Positions 55,731 through 64,000 of a stretch of DNA of 64,000 bases are shown one piece after another (positions within the stretch are counted from its first letter, which is position 1; every line of letters starts with the position of its first letter). This DNA is from an uncultured Acidobacteriota bacterium. Its GTDB lineage: Bacteria > Acidobacteriota > Thermoanaerobaculia > UBA5066 > Gp7-AA6. The notes under the pieces are model-generated. The model was not told where the DNA came from. It did no database searches and worked only from the letters and a program-made list of their open reading frames with translations. A program made the translations under genes and the position numbers. The DNA is taken from positions 79,972 to 143,971 of the forward strand of contig CAWGOM010000009.1 in NCBI GenBank assembly GCA_963824165.1. The letters run 5' to 3'.

Positions 55731-56840
55731 TCACCGCCGCTCCACTCCATACCTTCCGCCCTCGACCGCCAGCGCCAGGCCCGCCGCCTCGAGCTCGAAG
55801 AGGCCGGCGAGAACCGTCGCCGCCGGCAGGTCGAGCGCGTGCGCGAGCTCCTCGGCCGAGAGATCTTCGCGCGCGAGCAGTTCGAGCATACGCCGCGCCT
55901 CGGCCGAAATCTCGACCGCGACGGAAGGCGCCGCCGCGGCCGCGCGCGGCCGCCCCACCGAAGGGAAGAGCTCCGCGAGAACGTCCTCGGCGCCCCGGCA
56001 CAGGATCGCGCCGTCCTTGAGCAGCGCGTGCGTGCCTTCCGACGTGGGCGAGAAGACCGAGCCCGGCACGGCGAACACGTCGCGTCCGAAGTCGGCGGCG
56101 AGCCTGGCCGTGATGAGCGAGCCCGACCGGCGCGAGGCCTCGACGACGACGATCCCGGCCGAGAGCCCGGCGATGACGCGATTGCGGATCGGGAAGTTCT
56201 GCGGGCGCGGCTCGGTCCCCGGGGGGTACTCGGACAGCAGGAGGTGGTCGGCGGCGAGACGCTCCTTCAGGCGCCGGTGCTCGCGCGGATAGTCGACGTC
56301 GACCCCGCAGCCGAGGACGGCGATCGTGCCGCCCGGGCCCTCGAGGGCCGCTTCGTGGGCCGCCGCGTCGACGCCGCGGGCGAAGCCCGACACGACCGTC
56401 ACGCCCGCGCCCGCGATCTCCCGCGCCAGCCGCGCGGCCACGTCCCGGCCGTAGCGCGATGCGTCGCGGGAGCCCACGATCGCGATCGCGGGCAGCCGGA
56501 GCCGCTCGAGGCGGCCGAGCGCGAAGAGGAGGAAGGGCGGGTCGGCGATCTCGACGAGGGCGGCCGGGTACTCGGGATCGAAAGCCGTCACCAGCCGCAC
56601 GCCCGCCGCCTCGACGCGGGCGGCCCAGCGGTCCGCCTCCGCGTCGTCTCCCGCGCGCAGCACCGCCCGCGCGCGCTCCCGGGAGCCCAAAAAAGCGGAC
56701 AAGTCCTCCTCTTCGGAGGACAAGACTCCTTCGACGCCTCCGCGCGCGCGCAGGACCGGCCACAGCCGCTGCGGGGTCACGCTGCCCCGGGCCCACGAGA
56801 GCGCGGCCCGGCGGGCCAGGGAGGAGGGCGGAGGGCTCAC
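55731..56840 (-). CDS. dprA: DNA-processing protein DprA (Smf)
   Basis: 369 aa. IAIVGSRDAS.YG, SGFARGVDAAAH, and GS.IT...A.. plus a C-terminal winged-helix-like domain. Confidence 0.9.
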   Translation of the reverse strand: MSPPPSSLARRAALSWARGSVTPQRLWPVLRARGGVEGVLSSEEEDLSAFLGSRERARAVLRAGDDAEADRWAARVEAAGVRLVTAFDPEYPAALVEIADPPFLLFALGRLERLRLPAIAIVGSRDASRYGRDVAARLAREIAGAGVTVVSGFARGVDAAAHEAALEGPGGTIAVLGCGVDVDYPREHRRLKERLAADHLLLSEYPPGTEPRPQNFPIRNRVIAGLSAGIVVVEASRRSGSLITARLAADFGRDVFAVPGSVFSPTSEGTHALLKDGAILCRGAEDVLAELFPSVGRPRAAAAAPSVAVEISAEARRMLELLAREDLSAEELAHALDLPAATVLAGLFELEAAGLALAVEGGRYGVERR

Positions 56841-56942
56841 GTTCTTAAGCCATCTTTCATGGACGCCGCGTCGACAATTCTCCGATTCCCCGTCGACGGG
56901 AAACCTATAATAGCCACCCCGACACGGGAGGCGGGCGAGCGC

Positions 56943-57311
56943 TTGAGACGAAACCGCACGTTGGTCCTCACCTTACTTCTTGTCGCGAGCGCGTGCACGT
57001 CGTACTCCAATACCGAGCGCGCCGAAACGCAGATCGCCTTCGGGACCGACGTCGCCAAGCAGGGCCACTGGCGGGAAGCCGCCTTCCGCTACGAGCAGGC
57101 GATCGCGAAACAGCCGGGCAACGCGCGCGCGCACAACAACCTCGCGGTCGCGATGGAGGCCAACGGCGATTTCGCCCGCGCGCTCACCGAGTACAAGAAG
57201 GCGCTCGAGCTCGACCCGAACAACAACTACATCCGCCGCAACTACGCCCGTTTCGCCGAGTTCTACACCTCGTACACGAAGACGACCGGAAAGGCCGCGA
57301 GTGCGCCGTAG
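56943..57311 (+). CDS. TPR lipoprotein
   Basis: TTG at 56943 gives MRRNRTLVLTLLLVASAC (lipobox-like) followed by TPR units (AHNNLAVAMEANGDFARALTEYKKALELDPNN). An upstream ATG at 56860 in the same frame is an alternative start. Confidence 0.6.
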   Translation: MRRNRTLVLTLLLVASACTSYSNTERAETQIAFGTDVAKQGHWREAAFRYEQAIAKQPGNARAHNNLAVAMEANGDFARALTEYKKALELDPNNNYIRRNYARFAEFYTSYTKTTGKAASAP

Positions 57312-57999
57312 GCTCGTCGCCGTTTCGATCGCGCTGCTTCTGGCCGCCTTTCCGGCGCTCGCCGGCGTCGATCAGGTGCGCCTGCGCCTTCCGCTCAAGC
57401 CCAAGCTGCCCCTGCGCGGCAACGAGCGGATCGCGCTCGCGCCCTTCATCCTCGTCACCGACGCGGAGAAGGCGCGCGACAAGCGCCTCGCGACCGTCGA
57501 CCTCCAGGGCGAATACCACCGTTTCATGAAGAAGCAGCTCGAGAAGAAGACCCAGTTCGAGATCATCCTGACGCCCCCGGACCTGAAGCTCCCGACCCAG
57601 AGCCTGACCGAGCTCGCCAAGGCCCAGGAGTTCTGGGCGTCGGTCGGGTTGCAGACGGGAGCCGAGATCATCGTCTCGGGAAGCCTCGAGTTCAAGATCG
57701 AGGACCGCTCCGGCTACAAGACCGAGGAGTACACCTCGCCGATCGACGGGCGCACGTACTACCGCCAGGTGTACGTCGAGCAGACCGGCTTCATGTTCGA
57801 CATCGTGATTCTCGTCTTCGACGGGCAGACGGGCGAAAAGCTCCTCCAGGACCAGTTCAAGGACTTCCGCCAGACGAGCAGCCGCCGCGCCGACGAGCTG
57901 CAGGGCCTCTTCGAAAACCTGTTCTCGCTCGAGAGCCAGATCCTGAACACGTTCGTCGCGCGCGACCGCGAAGCCGAGCGCTACATCTTCACCAACTGA
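57301..57999 (+). CDS. secreted hypothetical protein (TolB_N/LpoB-like alpha/beta domain?)
   Basis: GTG at 57301 gives VRRRLVAVSIALLLAAFPALAG as a signal peptide. 232 aa; family not recognised with confidence. Confidence 0.5.
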   Translation: MRRRLVAVSIALLLAAFPALAGVDQVRLRLPLKPKLPLRGNERIALAPFILVTDAEKARDKRLATVDLQGEYHRFMKKQLEKKTQFEIILTPPDLKLPTQSLTELAKAQEFWASVGLQTGAEIIVSGSLEFKIEDRSGYKTEEYTSPIDGRTYYRQVYVEQTGFMFDIVILVFDGQTGEKLLQDQFKDFRQTSSRRADELQGLFENLFSLESQILNTFVARDREAERYIFTN

Positions 58000-58015
58000 G
58001 CCGCCCGAGGCCCGC

Positions 58016-60958
58016 ATGAAGAACCTTCTCGCCGCCGCCGTCTTCGTTGTCGCGTTCGCCGGGTCGCATGCCGCCCAGGCCCAGGTCCTCGATCCGTACT
58101 ACGGGTACTTCGGCCAGAACAAGATCGCCTACGACACGTTCAAGTGGAAGAACTACCGGTCGACGCACTTCCTGATCTTCTACCACGACCGCGAGGAGGT
58201 CTCGCTCCAGAAGGTCGCCTCCTACGCCGAGAGCGCGTACGACGATCTCTCCCGCCAGCTCAACTTCCAGATCCCCAAGCCGATCAACCTCATCTATTAC
58301 GCGACCCACTCCGAGTTCGAGCAGACCAACACGCTCTCGGGCTTCATCCCCGAGGGCCTCGGCGCATTCGCGCTGCCGACACGCAACCGCATGGTCCTGC
58401 CGATCGACATGCCGGACGAGGAGCTGCAGAAGCTCGTCGCGCACGAGCTGACGCACGTCTTCCAGTTCGAGATCTTCTTCGGCGGCAGCTTCATCCGCGC
58501 CTACACCTCGGGCGCGCCGCAGTGGCTGACGGAGGGCATGGCCTCGTACTTCGCCTCCGACGAGGACGCCCGGGACAAGATGGTGCTGCGCGACGCGGTC
58601 CTCTCCGACCAGGTGCCCGAGATCGCGGAGCGCGGCATCACCGGGTTCTTCGCGTACCGGTTCGGCCACGCCGTCTTCGACTACATCGAGTCGGAGTGGG
58701 GCAAGGACGGCGTGCGCGACTTCGTCTTCGAGTACCGCGGCCAGCTCGGGCCCAACATCGACCGCGTCCTGAGGCGCACCTTCGGCCTCTCGGGGGAAGA
58801 GTTCGACATCCGGTTCCGGCGGTACCTGCGCCAGCGCTACATCCGGATGCTGACCGAGCGCGGCGAGCCGATCGATTTCGGCGACAGCGTCCGCCTGGCC
58901 GACGAGGGCTCGGCCGAAGTCTCCGTGCGGCCGTTCCCGTCGGGCGATTTCGGCGCGGCCATCTCGACGCTCGGCAACGACGCCAACGTCGTCGTGTGGT
59001 CGCCCCGGGACCGCAAGCTCTTCCGGAACCTCACCAAGGGCTTCAAGACCGAGTACGAGTACATCGTCGCCCAGTGGCTGACGACCGGACCGGTCGGAGG
59101 CGTCGACCTGGCGGTCGCCCCCGACGGGAACACGATCGCCTTCTTCGTGCGCAAGGAGCGGGGCCGCGAGCTCCTGCTCCTGAACGCCCTCGACGGCAGG
59201 ATCGAGCAGATGATCCCGATGCCGGGCCTCGATCAGCAGCTGAACCCGGCCTTCTCCCCCGACGGCCGGACGGTGGCGTTCATGGCGTTCAAGGGCGGGG
59301 ACGCCGACATCTACTCGTACAACCTCGACACGAAGGCGATCACGAACCTGACGCAGGATCGCTCCTTCGACTTCGCCCCGACCTTCTCGCCGGACGGCCA
59401 GTGGATCTACTACTCCGGCGTCCAGGGCACGACGGCGAAGATCTTCCGGTTCAAGCTGGGCGTGGCCGGCTCGCGCGAGCAGATCACCTACGGCGACTCC
59501 AACGACGAGGACGCCTCGCTCTCGCCCGACGGCAAGCGCCTCTTCTTCGCCTCGGACCGCGACGGCGGCGTCTACAACATCTACTCGGTCAGCCTCGAAA
59601 CCGGCGAGACGAACATGTTCACCAACGTCGTCGGCGGCTGCTTCTCGCCGGCCGTCATCCAGGGCCGCGACGGGACCGAGCGGCTCATCTTCTCGGCGTA
59701 CTTCAAGCGCCGCTTCATGCTCTACGTCACCGACGTCAAGAAGCCGTACCGCAAGCTCGCCGAGCTGAACCCCGCGCCCTCGCCCGCCGGCCCGGCGACG
59801 ATCGCTCCCTTCCAGCCGTCGATCGAGGTGTCCATCGACCCGGAGAAGATGACCCGGCCGAGCCACAAGCTCTTCCTCGAGGACGCCCAGATCCTGGCGG
59901 GCCTGGCGAGCGACGGGCAGTTCCTGTCGAACACGATCCTGACCTTCGGCGACGACCTGGGCGACCGCAGGCTCACGGGCATCCTGCAGACGATCTCGGG
60001 CTACACCAACGCCACCGTGCAGTACGCCGACCTCTCGAAGCGGCTGCAGAAAGGCATCGAGGCGTTCTACTACCGCCAGTACTACTACATCCTCCGGGCC
60101 GACGGCGAAGTCGACACCCGGAGCAACTACAACTACATCGGCGGCAACATCTTCGGCTCCTACCCGTTGAACCGCTTCTACCGGGTCGAGGGCACGCTCG
60201 GGTACCTCTCGCGCGAGTACAACGGGTACCCGATCTGGGACCAGGCGGAAGACCGCCGGAGAATCATCCCGACCCAGAACGACTTTCCCTCGATCGGCGC
60301 GCGGCTGGTCGGCGACACGACGCAGTACGAGTCCTTCGGACCGATCTCCGGGCGCAAGGTCGCCCTCGGCGTCACCTGGGCCCCGTGCCTCAGCGGCACG
60401 GCGTGCAATGTCCCCTCGGAGCTGTTTCCCGATCTCGACCAGACGACGCTGACCTTCGACACGACGCTCGACCTGCGCCACTACTTCAAGGTCACGCGCC
60501 GCTCGCTCTTCGCCGTCCGCCTCTACGGCTTCCGGGCCGCGGGCGCCCTGCCGGACGTGCTCGCGTTCGGCGGCATCGACACGCTGCGCACCTTCCCGGT
60601 CTACAGCCTCTACGGCAACACCGCCGGGTTCCTGAACGTCGAGTTCCGGTTCCCGCTGATCGATTTCATCGCCACCCCGATCCTCGGCTTCCGGGAGATC
60701 CGCGGCAAGGTGTTCATCGACGTCGGCGGCGCCGCGCTGAAGGGGCAGCCGTGGCAGTTCTGGAGCGACTACACCCTCTGCGGCAACGGGCTGCCGGAAG
60801 GATGCAACGGCTCGGAGGGCGGATTCTCGGACTGGGGCTTCGGCATCCAGACGACCTTCCTCGGCCTGCCGCTGCACTTCGACTTCGCCAAGCAGTGGAA
60901 CTTCAATCAGTCGCTCTCGGACTTCAAGCTCTTCTTCTACCTGGGGCAGGACTTCTAG
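58016..60958 (+). CDS. 980-aa outer-membrane protein: HEXXH (peptidase MA-like) domain + PD40/TolB-like beta-propeller repeats + Omp85/BamA-like C-terminal barrel
   Basis: Signal peptide ...SHAAQAQ, then VAHELTHVFQFE. Repeated P.fSPDG..iaF/iyy units (AFSPDGRTVAFMA, TFSPDGQWIYYSG, SLSPDGKRLFFAS). The C-terminal barrel ends in FKLFFYLGQDF. Confidence 0.7.
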   Translation: MKNLLAAAVFVVAFAGSHAAQAQVLDPYYGYFGQNKIAYDTFKWKNYRSTHFLIFYHDREEVSLQKVASYAESAYDDLSRQLNFQIPKPINLIYYATHSEFEQTNTLSGFIPEGLGAFALPTRNRMVLPIDMPDEELQKLVAHELTHVFQFEIFFGGSFIRAYTSGAPQWLTEGMASYFASDEDARDKMVLRDAVLSDQVPEIAERGITGFFAYRFGHAVFDYIESEWGKDGVRDFVFEYRGQLGPNIDRVLRRTFGLSGEEFDIRFRRYLRQRYIRMLTERGEPIDFGDSVRLADEGSAEVSVRPFPSGDFGAAISTLGNDANVVVWSPRDRKLFRNLTKGFKTEYEYIVAQWLTTGPVGGVDLAVAPDGNTIAFFVRKERGRELLLLNALDGRIEQMIPMPGLDQQLNPAFSPDGRTVAFMAFKGGDADIYSYNLDTKAITNLTQDRSFDFAPTFSPDGQWIYYSGVQGTTAKIFRFKLGVAGSREQITYGDSNDEDASLSPDGKRLFFASDRDGGVYNIYSVSLETGETNMFTNVVGGCFSPAVIQGRDGTERLIFSAYFKRRFMLYVTDVKKPYRKLAELNPAPSPAGPATIAPFQPSIEVSIDPEKMTRPSHKLFLEDAQILAGLASDGQFLSNTILTFGDDLGDRRLTGILQTISGYTNATVQYADLSKRLQKGIEAFYYRQYYYILRADGEVDTRSNYNYIGGNIFGSYPLNRFYRVEGTLGYLSREYNGYPIWDQAEDRRRIIPTQNDFPSIGARLVGDTTQYESFGPISGRKVALGVTWAPCLSGTACNVPSELFPDLDQTTLTFDTTLDLRHYFKVTRRSLFAVRLYGFRAAGALPDVLAFGGIDTLRTFPVYSLYGNTAGFLNVEFRFPLIDFIATPILGFREIRGKVFIDVGGAALKGQPWQFWSDYTLCGNGLPEGCNGSEGGFSDWGFGIQTTFLGLPLHFDFAKQWNFNQSLSDFKLFFYLGQDF

Positions 60959-60961
60959 GAT

Positions 60962-61028
60962 CGGTAAGCGGTAAGCAGTAAGCGAGGCCATCCGGCGCAG
61001 CCCGGCTCACTGCTGACTGCTTACTGAC
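60962..61028. repeat. hairpin repeat family D, copy 2
   Basis: GGTAAGCGGTAAGCAGTAAGCG...GGCTCACTGCTGACTGCTTACTGACC, immediately after the OMP stop. Confidence 0.65.
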
Positions 61029-61057
61029 CCTGATCTCTGCCTTACAATCGCGCCAAC

Positions 61058-61834
61058 GTGATTCCCCGGAAAGCCCTCGCGATCAGGGCCCTCGGCCCGT
61101 ACGGCGGCTCCGCACCCGGCTGCCGGATGACGACGTTTCTCATCGATGGTGAGACGGCCCTCGACGCCGGCAGCCTGACCGACACCCTGCCGCTCGCGGC
61201 CCAGCGGCGCATCCGGCGCGTCGTCCTGACGCACGCGCACTTCGACCACATCGCCTCGCTGCCCTTCCTGATCGAGAACATCTACGGCCGCGAGCGGCCG
61301 CTCGAGCTCGTCGCGCCGCCTCCCGTGCTTTCGACGCTCGCGCGCCACGTCTTCAACGACGCGACCTGGCCGGACTTCTCGCGGCTGCCTTCGCGCGCGA
61401 AGCCCACGATCGTCTACCGGCCCGTGCCGGCCGGGCGCACGCTCCGGGCGGGCGGGCTGAGCTTCACTCCCGTCCCCGTCGACCACGTGGTTCCGGCCTA
61501 CGGCTACCTCGTTTCGAAGCCCGGGCGCTCGGTCCTCTTCTCGGGCGACACCATGCCGACGCGCCGGCTCTGGGTGCGCGCCAGGCGCGCGCGGGACCTG
61601 AAGGCGATTTTTCTCGAGGTCTCGTTTTCCAACGCGCAGGCGGCCGTGGCCGAGGCCTCCTGCCACCTGACCCCGCAGCTGCTGCCGGGCGAGCTCGCCA
61701 AGGCGCCGCCACGCGTGCCGGTTTTCCTGTACCACGTGAAACCGCCCTCGCTCTCGAGGATCCGGCGGGAAGTCGCCGCCCTCGACGAACCGCGGCTGCG
61801 CCTGCTCGAGTCGGAGCGGTCCTTCCGGTTCTGA
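61058..61834 (+). CDS. MBL-fold metallo-hydrolase (class II cyclic-nucleotide phosphodiesterase-like)
   Basis: 258 aa, GTG start. TTFLIDG..ALDAGS and VVLTHAHFDHIASLPFL (HxHxDH). Confidence 0.7.
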   Translation: MIPRKALAIRALGPYGGSAPGCRMTTFLIDGETALDAGSLTDTLPLAAQRRIRRVVLTHAHFDHIASLPFLIENIYGRERPLELVAPPPVLSTLARHVFNDATWPDFSRLPSRAKPTIVYRPVPAGRTLRAGGLSFTPVPVDHVVPAYGYLVSKPGRSVLFSGDTMPTRRLWVRARRARDLKAIFLEVSFSNAQAAVAEASCHLTPQLLPGELAKAPPRVPVFLYHVKPPSLSRIRREVAALDEPRLRLLESERSFRF

Positions 61835-61850
61835 GGCTTCCTCCGCGGGC

Positions 61851-63320
61851 TCAGCGCGCCTCGGGCGGCCTGTCCCGGAGCATGACGGCCGAGAGCACGG
61901 CGAGGCCCGCCGAGACGAAGGCGGAGACGAGCGCCGCCCGCTGGAACCCGCGCGTGAAGGCGTCGCGGGCCGCCGAGAGCAGCTCGACCCGGAGCGGGTC
62001 GGCCAGCTCCGCCGCCGCGATCACCGCCCCGCCGAGCGTGCTGCGGGCCGCCTCGGCCGCGCCCGGCGGCACGGCCGCCGGCACGGCACCGGCCATCGCC
62101 CCGCGGTAGACGGCGGTCCCGACGCTGCCGAGGACGGCGATCCCGAGCGCCCCGCCGAGCTCCGCGCTCGTCTCCGAGAGCGCCGAGGCCGTTCCGGCCC
62201 GCTCGGGCGGGGCCGAGCTCAGGACCCGGTCCGTGACGAGCGTGATCGCCGGGGACAGGCCGATCGAGAAGAGGATCGACGCCGCCACGATCACGGCGAT
62301 CCCCGAGGTCGCGCCGACCTGCGTCAGGACCCCGAAGCCGATCGACGCCAGGACGAGGCCGGCGGCGATGACTGCCGAGGGTCGAAACCTCCGCGCGAGC
62401 GCCGGCGTGGCGAGCGACCCCAGGATGAAGCCGAGCGACCAGGGAACCGTCCAGAGACCCGACTCGAGCGGCGCGAGCCCGAGGACGAGCTGGAGGTACT
62501 GCGCGATGAAGATGAAGGCCCCGAACGCGACGAAGAGCGCGAGCGTGTAGGTCACGAGGGCCGCGCTGAAGGCCGGCGAGCGGAACAGGGCGAGATCGAT
62601 CAGCGGATCCGCGAGCATGCGCTGCCGCCGCAGGAAGACGGTGCCGAGCGCCACACCCGCCGCGACCGTCAGCGCGGGCACCCATCCCGGTCCGTGCTCG
62701 GCGGCGCGCTTGACGCCGTAGATCACCGACAGCACGCTCGCCAGCGACAGGGCCGCGCTCGCCAGATCCAGGCGGCCCGCGCCGGGGTCGCGGAACTCGG
62801 GCAGCAGCCTCGGCCCCGCCACGAGCAGCACCGCCATCACCGGCACGGCGAGCAGGAACACGGAGCCCCACGGGAAGTGCTGCAGCATCACGCCGCCCAC
62901 GAGCGGCCCGATCGCGCCGCCGACCGAGTAGCTCGTCATCCACACCGAGATCGCGACCGTGCGCTGCCCCGGGTCGTGGAACATGTTCCGGATCAGCGAC
63001 AGCGTCGAGGGGGCCAGCGTCGCCCCCGCGATCCCGAGCAGGGCGCGCGCCGCGATCAGCATCCCCGTGGACGTCGAGAAGGCGGCCACGACCGAGGCGA
63101 CGCCGAAGGCGACCGCGCCGATCATGAGCAGTCGCCGCCGGCCGATCCGGTCGCCGAGGGTGCCCATCGTGATGAGCGACCCGGCGACGAGGAACCCGTA
63201 GATGTCGACGATCCACAGCAGCTCCGAGGCGCTCGGCTTCAGCTCCGCCGACAGCGCCGGCACCGCGAGGTTCAGCACCGAGAGGTCCATCGAATAGAGG
63301 ACGCACGGCAGGGCGATCAC
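61851..63320 (-). CDS. MFS transporter, DHA2 (EmrB/QacA, 14-TM) type
   Basis: 489 aa. MDLSVLNLAVPALS, LGDRIGRRRLL and many TM helices. The N-terminus looks clipped: the conserved RREWIGLAV lies upstream of the only start codon (see findings). Confidence 0.8.
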   Translation of the reverse strand: MIALPCVLYSMDLSVLNLAVPALSAELKPSASELLWIVDIYGFLVAGSLITMGTLGDRIGRRRLLMIGAVAFGVASVVAAFSTSTGMLIAARALLGIAGATLAPSTLSLIRNMFHDPGQRTVAISVWMTSYSVGGAIGPLVGGVMLQHFPWGSVFLLAVPVMAVLLVAGPRLLPEFRDPGAGRLDLASAALSLASVLSVIYGVKRAAEHGPGWVPALTVAAGVALGTVFLRRQRMLADPLIDLALFRSPAFSAALVTYTLALFVAFGAFIFIAQYLQLVLGLAPLESGLWTVPWSLGFILGSLATPALARRFRPSAVIAAGLVLASIGFGVLTQVGATSGIAVIVAASILFSIGLSPAITLVTDRVLSSAPPERAGTASALSETSAELGGALGIAVLGSVGTAVYRGAMAGAVPAAVPPGAAEAARSTLGGAVIAAAELADPLRVELLSAARDAFTRGFQRAALVSAFVSAGLAVLSAVMLRDRPPEAR

Positions 63321-63377
63321 CGCGAGCCCGATCCACTCGCGGCGCGTCGCCCGGGGCTCCGCGGTGCTGGCGATCGG

Positions 63378-63737
63378 CTAGGCCTCGACGAAGACCCGGA
63401 AGCCGCCGTAGCCCATGCGTCTCACGTCGAAGGGCATTTCTTCTCCGACCATCATGCCCGCGATGCGCGGGTCCTTCATCACCTTCGCGTTGACGCGATC
63501 GCGGTGCGCGCGCGACTTGTAGAGGATCCAGGAGAAGACCACCGCCTCCCCCGCCTTCAGCTTCACGCCGCGCTTGAACGGGGCCGCGGCCTTCTTCAGG
63601 TCGTCGCCGACGCACTCGCGGTATTCGAGCGCGCCGTGCTCGCGCCAGATCTTCCCGGCCTTCGCGGACATGCGCCGGTACGCCTCGATCTTCTTTTTCG
63701 GCACCGCCAGCAGAAACCCGTCGACGTAGACCGCCAT
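63378..63737 (-). CDS. DUF1428 family protein
   Basis: 119 aa. MAVYVDGFLLAVPKKKIEAYRRMSAKAGKIWREHGALEY is characteristic of DUF1428. Confidence 0.8.
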   Translation of the reverse strand: MAVYVDGFLLAVPKKKIEAYRRMSAKAGKIWREHGALEYRECVGDDLKKAAAPFKRGVKLKAGEAVVFSWILYKSRAHRDRVNAKVMKDPRIAGMMVGEEMPFDVRRMGYGGFRVFVEA

Positions 63738-63811
63738 CGTTCACCTCCTCGGTTTCGAGTTGCGATTCAAACGATCGAGAGCCATCTTCCTCCGATACAG
63801 TCCCGGGGCGC

Positions 63812-64000
63812 ATGATCGTCCATCTGCTCGACGGCACCTACGAGCTCTTCCGCCACTTCTACGGGATCCGGCGCGGAAGGGGCGAGGATCCTCCTCTCGG
63901 GGCGGTGGCGGGCGTCCTCCACACCGTCGCGCAGATGCTGGAAGGCGGGGCGACGCGCCTCGGGGTCGCGACCGATCACGTCATCGAGTCGTTCCGCAAC
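63812..64000 (+). CDS. 5'-3' exonuclease / flap endonuclease family protein (N-terminal 63 codons, continues right of the window)
   Basis: ATG at 63812. MIVHLLDGTYELFRHFYG.......LGAVAGVL......L...ATRLGVATDHVIESFRN resembles the PIN-like N-domain of Pol I-type 5' nucleases. Confidence 0.65.
   Translation, partial: MIVHLLDGTYELFRHFYGIRRGRGEDPPLGAVAGVLHTVAQMLEGGATRLGVATDHVIESFRN

Overview
High-GC (roughly 70% by eye) bacterial chromosome segment, densely coding on both strands. I recognised no rRNA, tRNA, CRISPR, transposase or phage genes. About 65 protein genes are supportable. The backbone is a conserved housekeeping array on the minus strand (dprA-topA ... trmFO ... xerC-[S41 peptidase]-hslV-hslU, and an LptM-like lipoprotein-dapF pair), plus tyrS, mpl and a uracil-DNA glycosylase. 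Accessory content: (1) fur sits beside an FTR1 iron permease and an apbE-porin-FMN_bind-His-rich 4TM operon. Both lie behind near-identical 19-bp palindromes. This is a candidate Fur-controlled extracytosolic flavin electron-transfer/iron module and the most interesting system here. (2) A cobalamin riboswitch -> btuB -> PduO-type adenosyltransferase -> Cys-rich secreted protein -> beta-barrel OMP operon. (3) A visibly lower-GC methyltransferase-GT2-two radical SAM/SPASM cassette between topA and trmFO. (4) A TPR lipoprotein, a secreted protein and a 980-aa HEXXH/PD40/Omp85-like outer-membrane protein. (5) A larB-like + deoxyhypusine-synthase-like pair, a DUF433/DUF5615 toxin-antitoxin-like pair and a SCO-cytochrome c pair. 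At least five families of short GC-rich palindromic or tandem intergenic repeats occur. Four genes (DUF1573, mpl, LptM-like FN3 lipoprotein, DUF2207) show single-site frame disruptions that are either assembly indels or pseudogenisation. Many long antisense ORFs in the track are high-GC shadow ORFs and were ignored. All family assignments come from motif recognition by eye, not from database searches.
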